From Welwitschia mirabilis (lineage: Eukaryota), in assembly GCA_051453625.1 (NCBI GenBank), contig JBOZIK010000001.1, positions 32,355,501 to 32,415,729 on the forward strand: a stretch of DNA of 60,229 nucleotides, written 5' to 3'. Both the position numbers and the translations under genes were made by a program. The notes under the pieces were generated by a model. It was given only the letters and a program-made list of their open reading frames with translations, was not told where the DNA came from and made no database searches. Shown piece after piece: positions 39,861-53,513 of this stretch. Position 1 is the first letter of the stretch. Every line of letters starts with the position of its first letter.

Positions 39861-42657
39861 TATCATTCACAAGAGATACTATGTTATTTAGAACATGTAT
39901 ATGAATTATACCTACTTTTTTATTATGAATTCACATTTATAAAAATCCATTAAGATTATTCTAATAATCTTCCATCTCAAGGAAGTCTTAACTATAATTC
40001 AAAGCATTTCTCATAGTGTCTTTTAACTTTTTATGTAGAAGAATTTTATCTTTGATTTCTAAGCTTTTAACCATTTTTATTTTAATTTGATTTATACAAA
40101 TGTTTAGTTCAGATCTATTTGAAACAACTTAAATACCATTTACATTAAGACATCCTGATTATGTTGATATAATATACTTAAAAATATCATTTTTATGCTA
40201 TTTTATTTATAGTTTAGTTAAGTTTGATTATCTTTATTCATCATTAAATGTTGTTTGAAGCCTAAGATATTAATTCTCATAGATTTATCTTTATTACTTT
40301 CTATCCTTTGTCATTTACAACTTTCAATAATGAGTTACTATTTCCTCTCTAATATTAATTAGCATCACAAGATAAATTTTGTTGACATAAAACAAAAGTA
40401 TATACTATCTTTGATTCATATACATTATTTTATTATTTCTATAGCATTAATACATTATGTTTTTCTATATATTTATTGGCATTAACTTGGACTTCTTAAA
40501 TAAATATTTATGTAGCTATATATTTCCTTCTATGAAGTCTTAGATTTTTTTCTAAACATCTGTGATGACATATAATATGTTTAATTTTGTAATATTCATG
40601 GATTTATCTAATATTTTCATAGGTATTATCTCCTTGAATATACTCTCTTACACCTTCAATCTTCATTTAAAACAATGTTCTTTAACTAAATATTATATTA
40701 ATTATATAATTTATTATCTTTAATGCATCCTACAAGGATACATTTTTTGGCTCTAACATTCCTTTTTTTTTAATCTATTTATGAAAGTGAACATAAAACT
40801 AAATAGTTTTAAGTATGAAGGGTTGATGTCTTTCTATCAATTTATCATTAAAATAAGATCTTCTAAGCATCCATAAGATATCCATGTGTGTTATAAATAA
40901 AAGAAAAGTATTTATTTCCTTTTAATCAATGGTTTTTTTATTTTGTAATTTTATTTTAAGATGGTGCACAAGGAATTATGATAGATGTCAATTCCTTTTT
41001 TCATAGAATTTTCTAGAAGTTTCATAACATGTGTTTTTATTCATTAGTAAAGTTATTAACTTTAGATAAATCCTATAAGATTTCATATTCTCTCTAAGAA
41101 CTCATGATTAAGTCTAACATGTTAAAGGCCTTTTTTTAAAATATTTTTAGATTATGCATATATGTAACCAAACCTTAATATATTATCTCCTTTATTTGGA
41201 AATGAAAATCACTTTCCTTTTAATATGTTAATGCTCTAGCATTTAAGTCCTTTAACTCACTATTAAAATAACCTATGAAATAGGTATTATCCTCTTTGAT
41301 AATATTTACTTTCTTCTCTATTGTTATCATCATAACATCAAATAATTTTCATTCAAATGTGCTTAAGAATAATAGATTCTATTTCATCCTAAGATTATAT
41401 AGAAAGTTTATTTATGTCATCTAGATAATTAACCTAAGAATAGTCCAAAAGTTTTCTAATAGCCATAGCTAATATGAAATCTTATTTTCAAAACTCTCAT
41501 TTGACTTATATAATAGATTTCGTATAAAATTTGTATGTTGAATTGTTTTCATATTTATTATCTAGTAGGCCACTGTAGTATCATAACTGGATGTAAATAA
41601 TTAAATATATATCATTAATATCTTATTGCAAGAAATAAAATACTTAATTAATTTTAATTCACTTCATTTCATAAAGCTAATCAAAGATGTGATTCATTTT
41701 TACCACTAAAAGAATGATCTCAAATATTAGTTCTTTGGCTTCTCTATCGAATTTTATTATTCTTGATTTTACGCTTTAAGATATAAAATCCTTTATATAT
41801 TATGTTACTTATTAATATTTTTCCTCTATTTTGAAAACAATTTTCTTGATTCCACTTCTTTTAATTACCTCCTTTATCCTAATTAGGATTATTTTATTTA
41901 TTATCATAATTTTCTTTGTAACTTTACGTTTTAGTATTTCAATTTAATATTTCATCTCTTTTAAAGTTAAACAAAATACTTGATTAACACATATCTAATA
42001 AGGTTTGTATGCACACTATAATTATTTACTTATGGATACATGAAAACTCTAGAAAAAATCTTATAATATGCTTGCCTTTATAGGCAAGCTCTTTAATATA
42101 ACAAGAAAGAAGAAGAAATAGAATTTCAAGTTTGGGAAATCTTGTTTTTACTCTTTTGTTTATTAGAAAATGATATCAAGGCATTCAAGCTAGGGTTATT
42201 GAGGCTCTTAGAGTTTCTTGATCATTGTTGAACATATTTAATCTTCTTATGGCCTCCATGTTTCTTATTCATAAGCTTGGGGAGGATCCCAGTCTAAATA
42301 TTCTTAAACTTCTTAGAAACCTCTTAAGCGCATGTGCTTGTTGTTGCCTCTTACATGCCTTTGCATGCTTGTTTTTCCTCATGGTCTTACTTAGATCTAG
42401 GGTTTACCTTAGATATACATATTTCTTATAGTTTTTTGTAGAGTTCTCTTATGTTTTCTTTAATTTTATTACTTATAAGTTTGATTGCAATTTCTTTCCT
42501 TTACAAAAGATATTTCTATTAATTCCTTATTTGTTATTTTGAAAATATACTATTCATATTCTCTTCATAATTCTCTATCTCTAATACATTTTGGATTTTA
42601 ACCTCTATGACATTTAAGTTATGAAATTTCCTTTTTATAAACTTTTATCTTGTTTAG

Positions 42658-42757
42658 AAACTATTATATCCTTTTTTCAGTTGTAAATTCTAAAATTTCT
42701 ATCCTAAAAACTATTATATCATTTTTTTAGTTGCAAATTCTAAAATTTCTATCATAA
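42658..42757. repeat. Two-copy 50 bp tandem duplication
   Basis: AAACTATTATATC...TAAAATTTCTATC repeated at 42658 and 42708. Confidence 0.9.
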
Positions 42758-42765
42758 GATATGGT

Positions 42766-42789
42766 TATATATATATATATATATATACG

Positions 42790-42848
<59 letters not shown>

Positions 42849-42865
42849 ACACACACACACACACA
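42766..42865. repeat. Compound (TA)n-(TG)n-(AC)n microsatellite
   Basis: Directly visible. Confidence 0.95.
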
Positions 42866-44843
42866 TTAATATGACTACATTCATTAGATATATAAATCCT
42901 TATAAATCCATGAAATTACATCTCATAAAGCCTTTTATATTTATAGAAGAATTATCTGCTAAAATCATATTCATCTAATTTTATGTTTCTACTTCCTCAT
43001 GTTATTTACATGATATAACATTTATGCTTACTCTCATTAAGGTCATAAAATTAGTTAGTGTTGCTGATTTTAATTTCTATAGTAGGTTTTTTTAGGTATT
43101 TATACATAACCTTTTCTTAATTTTTAAATATAATACTAAATATCCAAGTTAATCGATCTCACCTTAATCACATACCTTCAACTTTCTAACAAATTTCCTT
43201 AATAGCTTTAAATTAACCAAGAATTGTCCTTAAAAATTGCACTAGGGTAAGTTAATCAGTAATTCCATAAGTTTCTTTATAACAATATTTACAAATTTAT
43301 TTAATTTTTTATTTTTATTATTGGTATATTCTTGATCACTTCTCATATGATAAAGGGATTTTAGTACATTACCATTCTGTAATTATTTTATAAATCTTTC
43401 ATGTTCTTTATTAATTTTTTTAAGAATTTTGTTTTTTCAAAGTTTTTTCTTCACTTGGTGTAAACATATTATATGATTTTTATTTTTACTTTATCTTAAT
43501 AGGTTTCCAAGGTTCAAATTCTATTAGAAAAAGCTGTGAATTCTTTGAATTAGATTTAGGTTAAGCTTCTAATTCATTTTTATCATTCTTATTTTTATTT
43601 TCCTTACTGAATCTTTCAATTTCATACCTATTTCTCTAATTTTTTAAGTATTTATCTTATTTTTGTTGCTTTTTATTTGCTATAAAGTTTTGTAAATCAT
43701 ATTTATTGGATTTTTATCAAACATCTCTATTGATAAGGATTAGGTATTAACTTTTTTCACAAATAAATCTTACCCATTTACATCTGACCACTCTACATAA
43801 ACATAGTACCATGGACAATTGATATGTATATGTTATCTTTGTGAGAATTTTTAATTAATTTAAATTCCTTATCTTTAGTAATACACTTCATTTTTAACCT
43901 AATTCATTAATGCTCTTTCCAATGTCTTCTATTTATATTTTGTAATTTATTATTAGTTTTATTTTCAACTTGATGTATACTTTTCTCTCTTTTTTGACTC
44001 CTATGTTTCTCCTTCATGTTTAAACCCTAACTTATTTCATATACGTTATGAGATAATATTTCTTATGATAGTAAGATTTTAATTTCTAATGCTTCGTTTA
44101 CTTAATAAACTTATTTTTTTAAGGTTTCTTAATATACTCCTCTACAGAATATTATTATTCTTTCCATATGTCTATTTCATGTTTGTGATAAAATAGAATA
44201 TCTATCAGAGAGTTCATCAAATTTTTCATGTGGACATTATTTGATAATTATTATTTTATTTTAAAAATTAATAAAAACAATTAAATATTAATTTTTTTCT
44301 AACTTCTAATGATCTATTTTGGAAGTCTATGATACTATATGTTTTCATATGTTTACCAAGTAGTAAAAGTATCCAAGTATTTTACTATTGATTTGTAAAT
44401 AGTTAGCTTTACTAAAATATTCAAATAACCTAATTTGTAAAATAAGGTATTAAGTTTTTTACCCTCAAATATTGGCATTGGAGTGATAGTGGTGAAAAGA
44501 AACTCTTTCAGCTATAGGACTAAATTTTATAGATTTGATTAGATAATCCATTTGCAATGAGACTAAAATCCCATCATTTTCTTGAAGAACTTAATTAATA
44601 ATAATGGTAGAATGCTTGGTTATTTTTATTTTATTTTGTAGTCCTTCATTTTCTATATGATGTTTTTCATTCTTTTTGAAAAATCTAGTTTTGATTTTTC
44701 CACTTCTCAAGCATTTTGTGTCATTATGTAGGTATGTTATTATAGGTAAATTAGACCTTGAAAGGAACTAGATCATGATGGATTTTTAAAGGTAATATTT
44801 CATGAAAAATATCAGATGCTAGAGTACAAAATCAATTGTTTAA

Positions 44844-45150
44844 AGATGTCTAAGAAATTAAGACATCTTGAATGAAGATGTTTGGAAAAATGAAGACGTC
44901 TTGAATCTACTGATCTAAAAAAGGTAACAAAGTAAATATGATTTGTATTAATATCTTATGTTTTAAGTAAATAATAAACTTATAAATCATAGATTTATGG
45001 TTACAAAGGTCTAAGGATACTACAGTCCAAAATTCATTAGCATTTGGGTAATCTAACTTAAGATGTCTACAAAAGTGAAGACATCTAGAAGGAAGACGTC
45101 TAGTTAAGACATCTAAAATGAAAACATGTATAAAATTCAGAACATCTTGA
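44844..45150. repeat. Cluster of AGACGTCT palindromes, probably in the LTR/leader of the Copia element
   Basis: AGACGTCT at 44894 and 45094; AGATGTCT at 44844 and 45061; AGACATCT at 44861, 45079 and 45107. Confidence 0.75.
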
Positions 45151-46087
45151 ATCAAAGTTCACATCAATTAAAAAAAAAAGTTATGTGCCTAAAACATAGA
45201 CATTGGCTATTCATTACATGATGATTATAGAANNNNNNNNNNNNNNNNNNNNNNNNNNNNNNNNNNNNNNNNNNNNNNNNNNNNNNNNNNNNNNNNNNNN
45301 NNNNNNNNNNNNNNNNNNNNNNNNNNNNNNNNNNNNNNNNNNNNNNNNNNNNNNNNNNNNNNNNNNNNNNNNNNNNNNNNNNNNNNNNNNNNNNNNNNNN
45401 NNNNNNNNNNNNNNNNNNNNNNNNNNNNNNNNNNNNNNNNNNNNNNNNNNNNNNNNNNNNNNNNNNNNNNNNNNNNNNNNNNNNNNNNNNNNNNNNNNNN
45501 NNNNNNNNNNNNNNNNNNNNNNNNNNNNNNNNNNNNNNNNNNNNNNNNNNNNNNNNNNNNNNNNNNNNNNNNNNNNNNNNNNNNNNNNNNNNNNNNNNNN
45601 NNNNNNNNNNNNNNNNNNNNNNNNNNNNNNNNNNNNNNNNNNNNNNNNNNNNNNNNNNNNNNNNNNNNNNNNNNNNNNNNNNNNNNNNNNNNNNNNNNNN
45701 NNNNNNNNNNNNNNNNNNNNNNNNNNNNNNNNAATAAGAAATTTTGGCACTTTATTGAATCAATAAAAAATATAGATCTTCAAAAGCATGAGTTAAGAAA
45801 ACCTCTTATGAAGAAATCAAAGGATCCATTGGTAATGAGCTAACATTGTTTTCATTTCTTGGACTTATATCTTCATTTCTGCATTCTTCATTCATACTCA
45901 TAATAATATCAATAACTTCAATGAGCTTAGATCTTCATCAAAGAAAATCTTCAAGATTGCTATTGTATTATATTCTTTAGTTTATANNNNNNNNNNNNNN
46001 NNNNNNNNNNNNNNNNNNNNNNNNNNNNNNNNNNNNNNNNNNNNNNNNNNNNNNNNNNNNNNNNNNNNNNNNNNNNNNNNNNNNNNC

Positions 46088-49000
46088 TAGTCATCCAGAT
46101 GACATAGAGGATGACATAAATAGGAAAAAGAAACAGAACATAGAAATTAATAGAAAAATAAGAAAATTATCAAAAGCAATTGTCGTTTGTCACGGGGACT
46201 ATAGAGGGAGATGACAGATTATTTTTGCAAAAATAGAAAATAAAAACTGTAAACAAAAACAAAAATAGAGAATAAAAAATGGAAAAAAGAAAATCTAAAA
46301 ACTAAAAAATGAAAAGAAAATAATAAAGCAAGAAAACTTTATTCAACTATTAAAGCTAAAAATACACTTTTATTGAAAAAAAAAAAGGAAAATCAAGGTT
46401 TTGCTGTGGTTTCAAGATTTTTAAAGAAGAATGGTCCAAACCAAAAATTTACCAATTGATAAAACATAAGAGATGTGCAATTATTTTTAAGTAAAATAAA
46501 TTAGATGAAGAGAGGAGTAATGGATAATACTTTATAATTCCATATTAAAGCACAGATTTTGAAAGTCAAAGGGGAGAGAAAAGGTAATTTTGATGAAAGA
46601 TTTTCATAAAATGCAAGAGGAACATTACAAAGAAAATTACCTTTATGTCCATTGAAAATGTTTTTTTTTATTTCATTTTATGACTTTTATTTTTTAGCTT
46701 ATGGAATAGAAAATCTCTCTTATGATTTTTCTTGAGAAGTTGGACTTCCTTACACTTAAAAGGTTTCTTTTCTTTTTCATTCTTTAGTTGATCATCACAA
46801 AGCACATGCTCACTTGGTTTCATCTCTCTTTCTTTAAGTGGGTGATGTTGTAAAAGTAAAGTTGATTTGATATTCTCATCCATGTTTATATCATCATCAT
46901 CATCCAAATCTTTTTTAGCTGCATCAACTCTAATTGTAAAAGTTCTATTTTCAAAATAACATTTCATTATTCCTTATCTTGTATCAATGGTGTAGTGGGC
47001 TATTGCACGAAGGCTTTACCTAAAAGTAAAGGTATCCTCTGTAATGTTCTACTTTTATGAAATTATATCAATGGAGTAGTAAGCCTCTTCTATTTAAATA
47101 GCTAAATCTTTAACGACACCTAATGGTTTCTTCACTAATGTATCTGCTAATTCTAAGACAACTAAAGTAGGCTTTATTGTATCTTTTAAACCAAGCCTCT
47201 TACAAATGTAAAGTGGCATAATGTTAGCACTTACTCTGATGTCAATCAGTTCTTTCTTTATCTTTTTATTTCCCTCTATAGTAGCATTTACCATTGCTAC
47301 TCTTAGGTCTTTAAACTTTGGTGATTTTTGCAATACAAAATTCATGAGGGATTTGGTAAGAAAGACCTTACTAGGAATAACTTTTTTTTATTTTCTTTTA
47401 TTAAATCTTTTCATAGTTTTTCATACCCCAAATTCACTTGTAAAACTTTCCAAAAAGGCAAGTTTATGATTATGTTTTTCATCAAGGCTTTTAAATTATT
47501 ATTAAAATTTAAATTGTTATTGAGCCTATCAAGCCAAGGGGTACAAGAACCTTTCTTTTTCTTTTTTCTAAGAGAAGGGGAGTTGTAATCATCTAAAATC
47601 TCAATGTCCTCTTTCTCTTCTTCTTCATTGTTATGGAAGATGGAAGGTTAACATGAAGAAAGGTTTGTTTCTTATTCACTTCTTATCAAAACCTTGTAAT
47701 CTCTTCTTAGTTTATTTAGATTGGGTAAAGGTTGTATAGGTAAAGTTCCTCGAGGTCTTTGGTTTGCTAATAAAGTTTGTTAAAGGACATTTACCAAGTT
47801 ATCTATTTTGGCATTTATTGCCTCTTGTGTTTTTCTAATTTCATCCACAGAATTTGCAAGTTGATCATTTAAATTTTGAATGTTGGATGAACTTAATTAA
47901 TAATATGTGTTCTTAAGTCAGTTTCTAAAAGGTTGAGAGTTATTTTCAAAATGATGATTCAACCTATGTTGTTCTTGATTTTGATTTTACAAGTTTTAAG
48001 ATGATCATTTAAAAGAAAAAACTTGCTTACGAATCCTTTCTTTATAAGTTGGTAGAAGAGGATAATTTTTGATGACATGATAGTTGTCCTCATATAAATC
48101 ACAAGTTTGCACAACATTTCTTTTAGTTGCATTTTTAACATCTAAAATCATTTATATTTACTTCTTCAAGATTGTTGTAAATTCCCTCATAGGATTTATA
48201 GGGTTCTCTTCTATCTCTTTTTGTTGCTTCACATATTTTACTTCCTTAATGATTTAGCCTACTATTTGCTTTTCTTTAGGTGTTAACCAAGTTTTAATTA
48301 CCTCAACAAGTTATTCTAATTTTGTCTAGGCATCATCTATTATAAGGTTCATAAGGTTTTCATTATAAGAGAAATCTATAAGTTATTTTGTGTGGGGAGT
48401 AAATCCACTATAAACATGGTATATTTTTTCATATGGCAAAAAGGCATCTAGTGGATTGGAGTGGACTACTATAAAGAAACATTCACAAGTAAAGGAATAA
48501 TCTTAATTGGATTTTTATTGGAAATTTGTTACCTCTTTTCTTATTTTGCTTATAGTTTCTTCACTCATGAATCTTTCCCTTTTCCTGAGGTAAGGATGAG
48601 TTGTTCAATATTTTCAATATGTTGGATGGAATCCTTGTCATTTTTTCCACTAAAAATTGGATATGCATGTAAATTTTTAAGCTCTACAGCATCCCTGGTA
48701 GTAGATCAAGAGGTTTGAATTTCACATTTCTTATTGGCTAATAATTCTCTAAGTGTGAGGTTGGCATTAAGGGTAAAAAACCTTATGACTTATTTTTGTT
48801 TATAAAAAGCACTCGACATTATAGATTAGTTTTCTCCTTCTATAGGTTTTTCATTACAAAAATCAGATTCAGAAAAAATAAATTAGAAAGGAGGATTAAG
48901 TGCACCTAGATATTTTTTTTCCAACTTCTTTTCTATATTTACTAGTCATTCCTTGATATTCGTTTTGATTAGCTATTTTTATTTCAAATATTTCTTTTTC

Positions 49001-50564
49001 AAATTAATCATATCACAACATCTTACAAACAGAAAAGAATAGAAAAAAGATTAGAAAATAACAGATCATCATTCTGTCTGTGATTTGGATGATAGAAGAT
49101 ACAATGCACATAGAAAATAGAGAAACAAAAATAGAACTGAAGCTAAAAGAGAAAGCAAAAAAACACAGAAAAATATTCGTCTTTCACTTGGTTGTCCAAA
49201 CTTCATAGGAGATGATAAAACTAATTTATTATAAAAAAAATCAAAATCTAAAAATAAAAAACTCAAAACAAAAATAACACACTGTCATCTTATCTATCAT
49301 GGGGATAACAGAGGGGATGACCATACTCTTTTTTTACAGAAAACCAAAATATGAAAAATCAAAACTAAAATGTAGTACATAAAAATCCTAAGCTTCTAAT
49401 AAAATAAAACATCATACAGACAAATAACTAGTATACTTATTTGAAGGATGACAACCTTTGTACTCCTCAATAGCCTTCCTTGGCAATAGCACCAATTTGT
49501 TGCAGTGTGTATTTATGAAAGTCTTTATATTCAAATAGATATTGTCATTAATAATCAAAGTAGATATTATGCATAATACATTATGCTAATATAATAGTAG
49601 TAATCCAAAATGTCGTATCTCATAGAAGCCTACCTATATGAGATTCGGGTTGTTTTTGTAATTTAACTTAGAAACTAAAAATAATAAATAATAATGTAAG
49701 TAAATAGACTACCATGCAAAGTGAAATATGCGATGTAAATGAGCATTTAATGCAAATGAATCCTAACCCTACTTACTTTTCAATCCTAACAAGAGCTACC
49801 ATTCATGATCTATATCACCCAAGAAATTATCACGAGATCTTGAGCAACAGTAGACTATAAGGGATATAAGAAATCCTATAATGCAAACATAAAATAAAAC
49901 CAAGATCTATATTAAAAGTGTAACATTCATCTAGGTTACAAAATAACCAGGTCTTAATAGAAGATACTTAGCCCTCTACTAAGTGCTTATCTTTCTGCAA
50001 CTCAGCAAGATGGAGCTCTTGCCCTTCACTCTTCTATCACTAGAATCTCTAGTGCATTGAAGATGAGAAAGAGAGTCAAAGAGGGACTTATTTTTAGAAA
50101 GAATACAATAGAAATGGACAGATAAAAGGTACTGTTACACACGCTCATTAAGTACTCAGAAAAGGACAAAATAGCTAAGAAAGTCTATCAGTGATAGTTA
50201 CATGTTAGTGTCATTTGGGTTGTCATCTAGACAACCTATGGGATGATAGACTATTACAAAATATCATAAAAGCAATTACTCAGCAATCTATGTAGACAGT
50301 CACCATCCTACCTGTCATGTGGATGATAGAGAATATGATGATCTTCTTTAATATCTTTCTTAAAGTAAAAGTTAGTCATTTTATCATGAAATGATCTATT
50401 CACTAGAAAGTGCTTTAACTGCGTCAAATTTGGATAATAACTGCACTTTTGCGAGATTTCCTCTTGTATCTCAAAAATCCTCAGAATTGCACTAAAACCT
50501 GTATAAAATTCCTGCAAAACAACTCATAAGACCTATCAAATAATTGTAAATTGGCAGTGCAATA
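46088..50564 (-). mobile_element. Athila-like copy F, minus strand, internally deleted (gag-AP plus integrase tail only)
   Basis: LTR 49498-50564; PBS 49476-49497 (minus strand AATTGGTGCTATTGCCAAGGAA); gag ~48050-48780; protease ELIDIRVSANIMP (ORF 47094-47345); WFGPF integrase-tail motif at 46426-46443. Confidence 0.85.
49498..50564 (-). repeat. 5' LTR of copy F
   Basis: Minus strand TATTGCACTGCCAATTT...ACACACTGCAACA; same start as the LTR at 13519. Confidence 0.88.
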
Positions 50565-51220
50565 ATGATTCACCTACATTTGAAGCTATCCTATCATGTT
50601 CACTCATTAGAAGTTTGTTATATCTTATAACTACAAGATCAAATGTTTAATTCATTCTAAATTATCTTTCTAGATTTATGTCAAATTCTAAACTCTTACA
50701 TTAGAAGGCTACTGAGCATGTTCTTAGATATTTAAAGAATACTAGACATTAAGAATAACTTAGTACTCCAAGGATATTCAAATGCTAATTGAAAATATTT
50801 TCCTAATGATCACAAGTCTACTATAGGTTATTGTTTCTTTTCTAGCTATTCACTTATCTCTTGGTCCTCCAGGAAATAGAACATAATAGTAGTATCATCT
50901 ACAAAAGTAGAATATGTTGCTCTCTTTAAAGCTATAAAACAAGTTATCTGGATCCATTCACTACTCTTAGAAATTTGATTTTTTTGATAAATCTTCAATA
51001 CAAATTTTTTGCAATAATGCTATCATGAAGAATCCAGTATTTCATGCATAGATTAAAAACATAGATATTAACATCACTTTATTAGAGATCTTATTGATAA
51101 GAACTTTATCAAAATCAATCATGTGGAATCTAGTTTTGAGATAGTAGATATATTTATGCAACCTCTTGCTTGCAAAGAGTTTTTTGGATTCAAAAACTTC
51201 CTAGGTATTACAGAAGTTAA
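50565..51220 (+). pseudogene. Ty1/Copia RT C-terminus and RNase H pseudogene
   Basis: SLIRSLLYLITTRSNV, YLSRFMS, HVLRYLK, GYSNAN*, KSTIGYCF, ISWSSRK*, STKVEYVA, NPVFHA*IKNIDI, VDIFMQPL. Confidence 0.93.
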
Positions 51221-51223
51221 TAT

Positions 51224-51430
51224 CAAGGAGGGGAATGTTAAAAAAAGATGTCAACGTTCAAAATCAAGATTCCCTAATTTTCTCAACTTCCCTTGATTTT
51301 CTTTGATCCTTTCTTGATTTTCTCTATTTATTATTTTATTCTCTTTTTAATTTGTATTTATTTAAACTTGATCTTATATTTAAAATAATATGTTTAGTTG
51401 TTTGTCCTAAATTCGCTAGTTTATTAGTTC
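51224..51430 (+). repeat. Copia PPT and start of 3' LTR (truncated)
   Basis: CAAGGAGGGGAA followed by TGTTA at 51236; right end uncertain. Confidence 0.7.
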
Positions 51431-51432
51431 TC

Positions 51433-53270
51433 TCACTATACCTATTAGAAGATGAGGATGCAGGTGTACTTACAGACTTTTAAGTTTTAGGTATGGTAAA
51501 GCATTAAATAATGTTACACAAACCCTACAAAGATCATTACAAATGGTGTAGGTAATACCACTACTTAAATTAATAAAAGGAAAGGTTGGATAAACAAAAA
51601 AAATGTGCATTGATGTGTGACCATAAAGCTAAACATGATCTTTATTCTACTTTATCTATAGAAGAGTTTAATAAAATAGCAAGTTATAAGATGAAATAAG
51701 AAATTTAAAATGTTCTAACTAGAACATATGAAAGTACTTCCATTTTAAAATAATCTAATATTTTAGTTTGGATAAACCAATTTGAAAATTTAAAGATGAT
51801 ACAAGAAGAAAGAGTTCATGAGTACTTTACTAGAGTTGTGAACATTATGAATTCAATATGTAGCATTGGAGAGGATCTTCCTAAAGTAAAGGTAATTCAA
51901 GACACTGTTAGATTACTAAACCCTAATTACATGTCTAAGACCATAGCCATGAAATAATCTAGAGATTTTAATACCATGAATAAAGAAGAACTACAGGATG
52001 CACTTATGTCTTATGAAATGAACCTCATATAAGATGAAGCCTTAAAGGACAAGTCTATTACACTTAAGACAAGCCATAATGCAAATCAGAGATTAAAAGT
52101 AAAGATGAAAAAAGATAACAAAGAAGATGATTTTGATGATGAATATGAAGAACTAGCCTTCATTCACATAAGTACAACAGAAGATATGATCTCAAAGGAT
52201 CATCCAGATTTTAAGAAAAATGTAAGAGTATAGGAAAATCATCTAATAATTATTTTTATTAAATGTTTCTAAAATAAAATATTAGATATGTGGAGGAAGA
52301 GGACATATTACCTCAGAATGCCTTAGTACTAATAGATTATAGGAAGATGAACAAAAGAAAGAGCCCATAAAAAAAGATCATTCTTTATTGGATGGTATAA
52401 AGACAATAATGCTTCAAAAAAAGAAACATCACATAATAAAAAAATACATTGTTCTTACATAGCTATAGCTCACATTCAATATGAATACCATTATTAAAAC
52501 GCTGGGTATGATTCAGGTACTAAGGATGAAATAAGCATAACTATTTAAGAAAAATATGATTTAATCTTAAATAGTTTATTAATTTAAAAAAATTACATGC
52601 AAAGACAAAAATATTGCTAAATATTTATGAAAAGGCATATGAACAAGAAAAGAATACTTAAAGTAAACTATCACTAAAAACTCAGCCCTTATACTAACAT
52701 GTGTTTTAGAAAATATAATATAGGAACATTTAAATTCTAAGAAAACCATTAAAAATTTTATACAAGATAAGGAAAACTTAAATATCATGCTTGAGCAAAG
52801 TAGAAATCCAAATGACAAGAGTGGACTAGGATATAATGAGATGACAACTACTACTTTAGCTCCTCTATTCAAAAGATGGAATTACAAACTAAGGTATGAG
52901 TAATTATCATATATAGTTAGAATCATTTGCTATTATTATCATTGTAGAGGTCATTATCAATATAGATGTCTAACAAAATTTAAAAATATATAGTATACTA
53001 ACAATTCCAAAAGGTATGGTGGATTGGAACATTTTTTTGTATAGGATAGAATTAGAAAAGTTTGGGTCCCTAAAGCTAAATCAAAATTCAAAATAGAGAA
53101 GAAGTACACTTATCAAATATGTAGTCAATCAAGGCATAACAATTATGTCATAACCCAATGCAATAATGATCAAGTATTCAATAAGACTACAAAATCTCAA
53201 GGCACTAAAGGATACATCAATTCATGTAGGAATTTGAAGATTAATCCTTTCCCAGTAAGGGTAGTAAAGT
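51433..53270 (+). pseudogene. SIRE/Maximus-like Ty1/Copia extended gag pseudogene
   Basis: Y*KMRMQVYLQ, EEFNKIA...EI*NVLTRTYEST, CGGRGHITSEC (~52290), DKSGLGY (~52814), KVWVPK (~53057). Confidence 0.85.
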
Positions 53271-53513
53271 AGGTAACATCTATAACATATTAACTTCATT
53301 GCATTATCTCATATAAGGTTTGAGATTATGATTAGATGAAGTTGTATAACGAAAAGTTAAATTATGTGTGATTTTTAGTTTCTTAAAGATCTATTCTTAT
53401 AGTTACAATAGTTGTTATTCTTTTCAAAAATCTAAAAATTTAGATGTAGATGTCTCTAATTTTATAGACACCTCTATTAAATAGGTCTTGAAATGTTTGA
53501 ATGTTTTGAGATT

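Larger units (their letters stand above)
39900..44520 (-). mobile_element. Extremely decayed Ty1/Copia (probably SIRE-like) gag-pol remnant, minus strand
   Basis: Minus-strand motifs in Copia order: gag MPIFEGK (~44470), D*LGY (~43145), integrase IPCAPS*NKITK*KNH (cf. PxTPQQNGxAERKNR, 40925-40976), PSYLKLF, RAKKCILVG (40728-40754), RT CKW-FK (~40135). Confidence 0.65.

Noticed and set aside
41413..41430. Minus-strand NYLDDI resembling an RT catalytic motif (LINE, Penelope or Gypsy)
   Set aside because: No other RT motifs surround it, and it lies upstream of Copia integrase motifs; treated as chance.
42793..42978. CVCVCV/THTHTH ORF
   Set aside because: Translation of a microsatellite.
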